From the NCBI GenBank assembly GCA_030018135.1, contig JASEGJ010000001.1, forward strand, positions 1-64,000: a stretch of DNA of 64,000 nt. The letters are read 5' to 3'. Of this stretch, positions 60,913 to 64,000 are shown piece after piece. A program made the translations under genes and the position numbers. The number at the start of each line of letters is the position of its first letter. Within the stretch, counting starts at the first letter, position 1. This DNA comes from Candidatus Hodarchaeaceae archaeon. Lineage in GTDB: Archaea > Hadarchaeota > Hadarchaeia > Hadarchaeales > Hadarchaeaceae. Under the pieces are notes generated by a model. That model did no database searches. It worked only from the letters and a program-made list of their open reading frames with translations, and had not been told where the DNA came from.

Positions 60913-61267
60913 CTTTAGACCTCCTATCAAGTATTTTGTCGCGCTCCTTATCGGGCTTGAGCTTAATGACCATCACCTTTGAAGGGCTCACCGGCCTGGG
61001 CACCTCGGTCCCGTCAGCTTTTCTCGTGGCGGCCCCAGCCACAATAATGCGGCGGCGCTTGGTATCGACCTCGAGAACGTCGCCTTCAAGCTTCATAAAG
61101 TCACCGCGCATCACCCTTACCTTGTCTCCCTTTCGCACCGGGATCGAACGAAACCCATGCTTTTGCCTGAGTTCCAAGCTAAGCGGCACCGCGAGGTGCT
61201 TGTGCCGAACGTGCAGAGGCGCCGCATGAAGCCTTTTGCGTTGCTTTCTCGGCTGCCTGCTCACCAT
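60890..61267 (-). CDS. rpl24: 50S ribosomal protein L24
   Basis: SRQPRKQRK, APLH.R, GD.V.VMRG. Confidence 0.97.
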   Translation of the reverse strand: MVSRQPRKQRKRLHAAPLHVRHKHLAVPLSLELRQKHGFRSIPVRKGDKVRVMRGDFMKLEGDVLEVDTKRRRIIVAGAATRKADGTEVPRPVSPSKVMVIKLKPDKERDKILDRRSKVGKKGSG

Positions 61268-61275
61268 AGGATCAC

Positions 61276-61701
61276 CTACACCACGATCGAGGCTATGCCA
61301 GCTACCCGGGGCCAGCGCTCGGCCGCCTCTCGAGCAATCGGCCCCCTGATCTCCGAGCCCCTTGGCGCGCCCTCGGGGGTTATCAACACCGCGGCATTGT
61401 CCTCAAACTTTATCCGCATGCCATCCGAGCGGCGGTATTCCTTCGTCTGTCTGACTATTATCGCTTGAACCACCTGCTTACGCACCTCCGGCGTACCCTT
61501 CTTGACCGAGGCCACAACTCGGTCGCCGACGCCTGCCTTTGGCATACGCCTGCGCACGCCCTTGTAGTCGACCGCCGATATTATCTGCAGCTCCTTTGCG
61601 CCAGTATTGTCGGCGCACGTCAGTCTGGTGCCCGATAGCAACGTCCGCACTGGCGTAACTGGTGTAACGCCGATCGCGAAGCCCGCACCCTTCTTGCCCA
61701 T
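61276..61701 (-). CDS. rpl14: 50S ribosomal protein L14
   Basis: [26 protein letters not shown]. Confidence 0.98.
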   Translation of the reverse strand: MGKKGAGFAIGVTPVTPVRTLLSGTRLTCADNTGAKELQIISAVDYKGVRRRMPKAGVGDRVVASVKKGTPEVRKQVVQAIIVRQTKEYRRSDGMRIKFEDNAAVLITPEGAPRGSEIRGPIAREAAERWPRVAGIASIVV

Positions 61702-61702
61702 T

Positions 61703-62020
61703 TTACCCCCCCAGCCTCTGCACCACCACAAACGACTTGGTCTTACTCAGCCTCCTGCACTCCATAACCCTCACTTTGTCGCCCACGCGCGCATTTATGC
61801 AGGGGGGGCTATGGACATGGAGCTTTGAGGTGCGCCGCTCGTAGCGCTCATACTTCGCGACCTTGCGCATGTACTCAAGCTCAACGGTGACGGTTTTCGA
61901 TGTCTTATCGCTTGTGACGGTGCCCTCGAAAATTCGACCCCTAACGGAGAGCGTGCCGTGAAACGGGCAGTTCTCATCTGAGCACCTCTCCTTCGGAGGC
62001 TCGATGTTAAGGCCGACCAT
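61703..62020 (-). CDS. rps17: 30S ribosomal protein S17
   Basis: CPFHG.L.VRG, KYERYE, ECR.LSKTK. Confidence 0.97.
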   Translation of the reverse strand: MVGLNIEPPKERCSDENCPFHGTLSVRGRIFEGTVTSDKTSKTVTVELEYMRKVAKYERYERRTSKLHVHSPPCINARVGDKVRVMECRRLSKTKSFVVVQRLGG

Positions 62021-62023
62021 AGT

Positions 62024-62296
62024 TTACCTCCGTTTTTTGACCCTCTCCTCTGGATTGGCGACCAATCGCGCGCCGTCCACCTCGATCTCCTCGCCGCTAG
62101 GCAGCATTATCCGAAATGTAGAGTTGACCTTCGGCACGATCCTGGGCTTGTCCACCTGCTCTATGACCAACATGTCACGGGTTTCGTCGATTATCCTACC
62201 GTAGGTGCCTATCAGCCCAGAGTCCGAGCTATTCACTACTCTCGCATCGAGGCCTATGAGCTCGTGCCGCAGCACATTTCGCTTGGTTATCGGCAT
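62024..62296 (-). CDS. rnp1: RNase P protein Rpp29
   Basis: HELIGL, G.IIDET, VPK, G..L...PEER. Confidence 0.93.
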   Translation of the reverse strand: MPITKRNVLRHELIGLDARVVNSSDSGLIGTYGRIIDETRDMLVIEQVDKPRIVPKVNSTFRIMLPSGEEIEVDGARLVANPEERVKKRR

Positions 62297-62499
62297 AACA
62301 ATCATCCGCGAACTATAGAGCACTCACCCTATATCAGGGTGGGGTCCATGACACACCATCCCTTGATGGTCTTGAGTTCCACCCTTTAAAATGTTATATA
62401 TTCGCCCCGAAAAGCTCGCCAAAAAAAAAGCATCGCACTATTCAAAATCATCGCGTCAGTCGAAATATGCCTTTCTGGTTAGGGATACCAAGTGTTGGT

Positions 62500-62808
62500 T
62501 CACTTTATGTCTATCATATCGGGCGAGAAACCCATCTCGATGAGTGCCTCTTTAACCCTCGCTTTGTGGTCCCCCTGGAGTTCTATCTTGCCATCCTTCG
62601 CCGTTCCACCACAAGCCAGCTTGGACTTTAGATTCTTCGTCAACTCCTTAATATCGAGCTGTTTCTCGTCAATGCCCTCAACGATTGTTACCTTTTTTTT
62701 GAACTTTCGTTCTATTGAATACACATTTATCCGCTGTTGCTCGCGTGCGATCTCCTCGCACACGCAAAGCTCCTTGGGTAACCCACACACCTTACATACT
62801 TCTGGCAG
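62500..62808 (-). CDS. sui1: Translation initiation factor aIF1/SUI1, apparent CTG start
   Basis: TAG CTG CCA GAA GTA TGT AAG GTG TGT = (M)[18 protein letters not shown]; [17 protein letters not shown]. Confidence 0.9.
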   Translation of the reverse strand: MPEVCKVCGLPKELCVCEEIAREQQRINVYSIERKFKKKVTIVEGIDEKQLDIKELTKNLKSKLACGGTAKDGKIELQGDHKARVKEALIEMGFSPDMIDIK

Positions 62809-62811
62809 CTA

Positions 62812-63033
62812 TCATGCACCTCCTTTCCTTTGAGTTTCCTTCATTATCGTCAGTATCCGCGCTATTGTGTGTCTAAGTTCGCGAATCCGCCCGGGGTTTT
62901 CAAGCGAACCACCTGCCGCTGCGACTGCGCGCTCCCTTGCCAGCTCCGCACGGAGTTCGCGGAGCTTTGCTTTCATTTCCTCTATGCTCATATCACGGAT
63001 CTCATCGGGTCTGAGTATCGCCACCGTCTTCAC
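62812..63033 (-). CDS. rpl29: 50S ribosomal protein L29
   Basis: EIR.MS..E, ENPGRI.EL..TIARILT. Confidence 0.95.
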   Translation of the reverse strand: MKTVAILRPDEIRDMSIEEMKAKLRELRAELARERAVAAAGGSLENPGRIRELRHTIARILTIMKETQRKGGA

Positions 63034-63721
63034 CCTCTTTGGCTTCCGTGAATTGTTCCCCCGGCCCCTCTACAACCGCTCCCTCGGTCGCTTGGGCTTC
63101 GACCTCGGCCGGCTTGGCCCCGGCTTTCTCCTCCATCAATCGAATCTCATCCGGCAAGTGCACATCTGGGGGCATTATCCTTACTTTAACCCCCAAAATA
63201 CCCGGCTTTAACTTTGCCGTCGCATAGCCGCAACTTACGAACTTCAACGCTGGCTCACCCGCTTTCTTGAGATAACCGTCATAAAAGCGTGCCCTGCGCG
63301 AGCGCTCGCCAGATAGCTTGCCCGAGATCACTATTTCCACGCCCCTAGCACCAGCCCGCATTATTCGGCGCAAAGTCGCGTGCCCAACTCGCCTGAAGTT
63401 AATTCCCCGTTCAAGTGCAAATGCTATACGCTTGGCCATGATGGGAGCACAGAGTTCTGGCGCTTTAATCTCCACTACCTCTATCTGCGGATTTTCCACC
63501 CCATATTTTTGTGCCAGCTCGTCGGTCAACTGTTTAATGCTGCGCCCCTTCCGTCCGATGACCATGCCCGGACGCTCAATATATAACGCAATGCGGGTAC
63601 CGATCGGGATGCGCCTTATGTCGGCACCCCCGTATCCAGCCCTTCCAAGCTCCTTTTCAAGATATTCCTCGAGCTCGGCCCTTTTCAAGCCTTTTTTGAT
63701 GAAGATGCGCTCTATTGACAT
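63002..63721 (-). CDS. rps3: 30S ribosomal protein S3
   Basis: [29 protein letters not shown]. Confidence 0.97.
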   Translation of the reverse strand: MSIERIFIKKGLKRAELEEYLEKELGRAGYGGADIRRIPIGTRIALYIERPGMVIGRKGRSIKQLTDELAQKYGVENPQIEVVEIKAPELCAPIMAKRIAFALERGINFRRVGHATLRRIMRAGARGVEIVISGKLSGERSRRARFYDGYLKKAGEPALKFVSCGYATAKLKPGILGVKVRIMPPDVHLPDEIRLMEEKAGAKPAEVEAQATEGAVVEGPGEQFTEAKEGEDGGDTQTR

Positions 63722-64000
63722 TATGCCGCCTCTCTTGCTATTATTTCTACATTTGTGGTTGGCTTGTTGAATGACGTTGTCCTTGCGAATGCTCTGGGCT
63801 TAAATCCCGGTATGACTATGCCCTTCTGCGCGCTCGCGTGGACGATGCGTAGCTTTTCTGGATCGAGGCCTTTATACTTAGCATTTGCTTCCGCATTCTC
63901 TAAAATCTCTAGTATCGCACCCGCCGCCTTGACTGGATATTGACCAGCATCCCAACTTGGAATGGCTCGCCTATGTGCTAACTTTTTGCGATGGCGTCTG
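63721..64000 (-). CDS. rpl22: 50S ribosomal protein L22 (partial, runs off window)
   Basis: Own translation ...[23 protein letters not shown]...PRAFAR...TTNVEII. Confidence 0.95.
   Translation of the reverse strand, partial: RRHRKKLAHRRAIPSWDAGQYPVKAAGAILEILENAEANAKYKGLDPEKLRIVHASAQKGIVIPGFKPRAFARTTSFNKPTTNVEIIAREAA

Overview
A 64-kb, GC-rich archaeal chromosomal segment. The gene set and SepRS suggest a Hadarchaeota/MSBL1-like lineage, but this is inference only. Most of the window is conserved core: the proteasome-exosome superoperon (psmA-SBDS-rrp4/41/42-L37Ae-rpoP-Brix-pcc1-pfdB), Taw1, translin, SepRS, pgk/gap, an RbkR-led riboflavin operon, the S2-MEMO-IPK-fni-RNase J-GGPPS cluster, enolase, three tRNAs (two with introns), a form III RuBisCO and the large S10/spc/alpha ribosomal protein operons. 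Accessory DNA includes an IS6 element at the left edge, a tnpB-only element with IS607-like junctions splitting a sugar isomerase gene, a decaying TA/defence islet (17.1-19.9 kb) and tRNA-adjacent pseudogene islets. Most striking: (1) eleven copies of a 16-bp palindrome TGTCTTA-NN-TAAGACA, matching bacterial parS at 12/16, in two clusters, one wrapped around a stand-alone Cas2-fold-like gene (candidate archaeal centromere or nucleoprotein site system); (2) the start-codon fidelity factor aIF1/SUI1 apparently must initiate at CUG, with a competing out-of-frame AUG at the L29 stop (candidate autoregulatory circuit); (3) a wHTH-fused LigD-type primase-polymerase with a hidden Zn-finger partner, divergent from endonuclease V. 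All calls come from motif reading without database searches.
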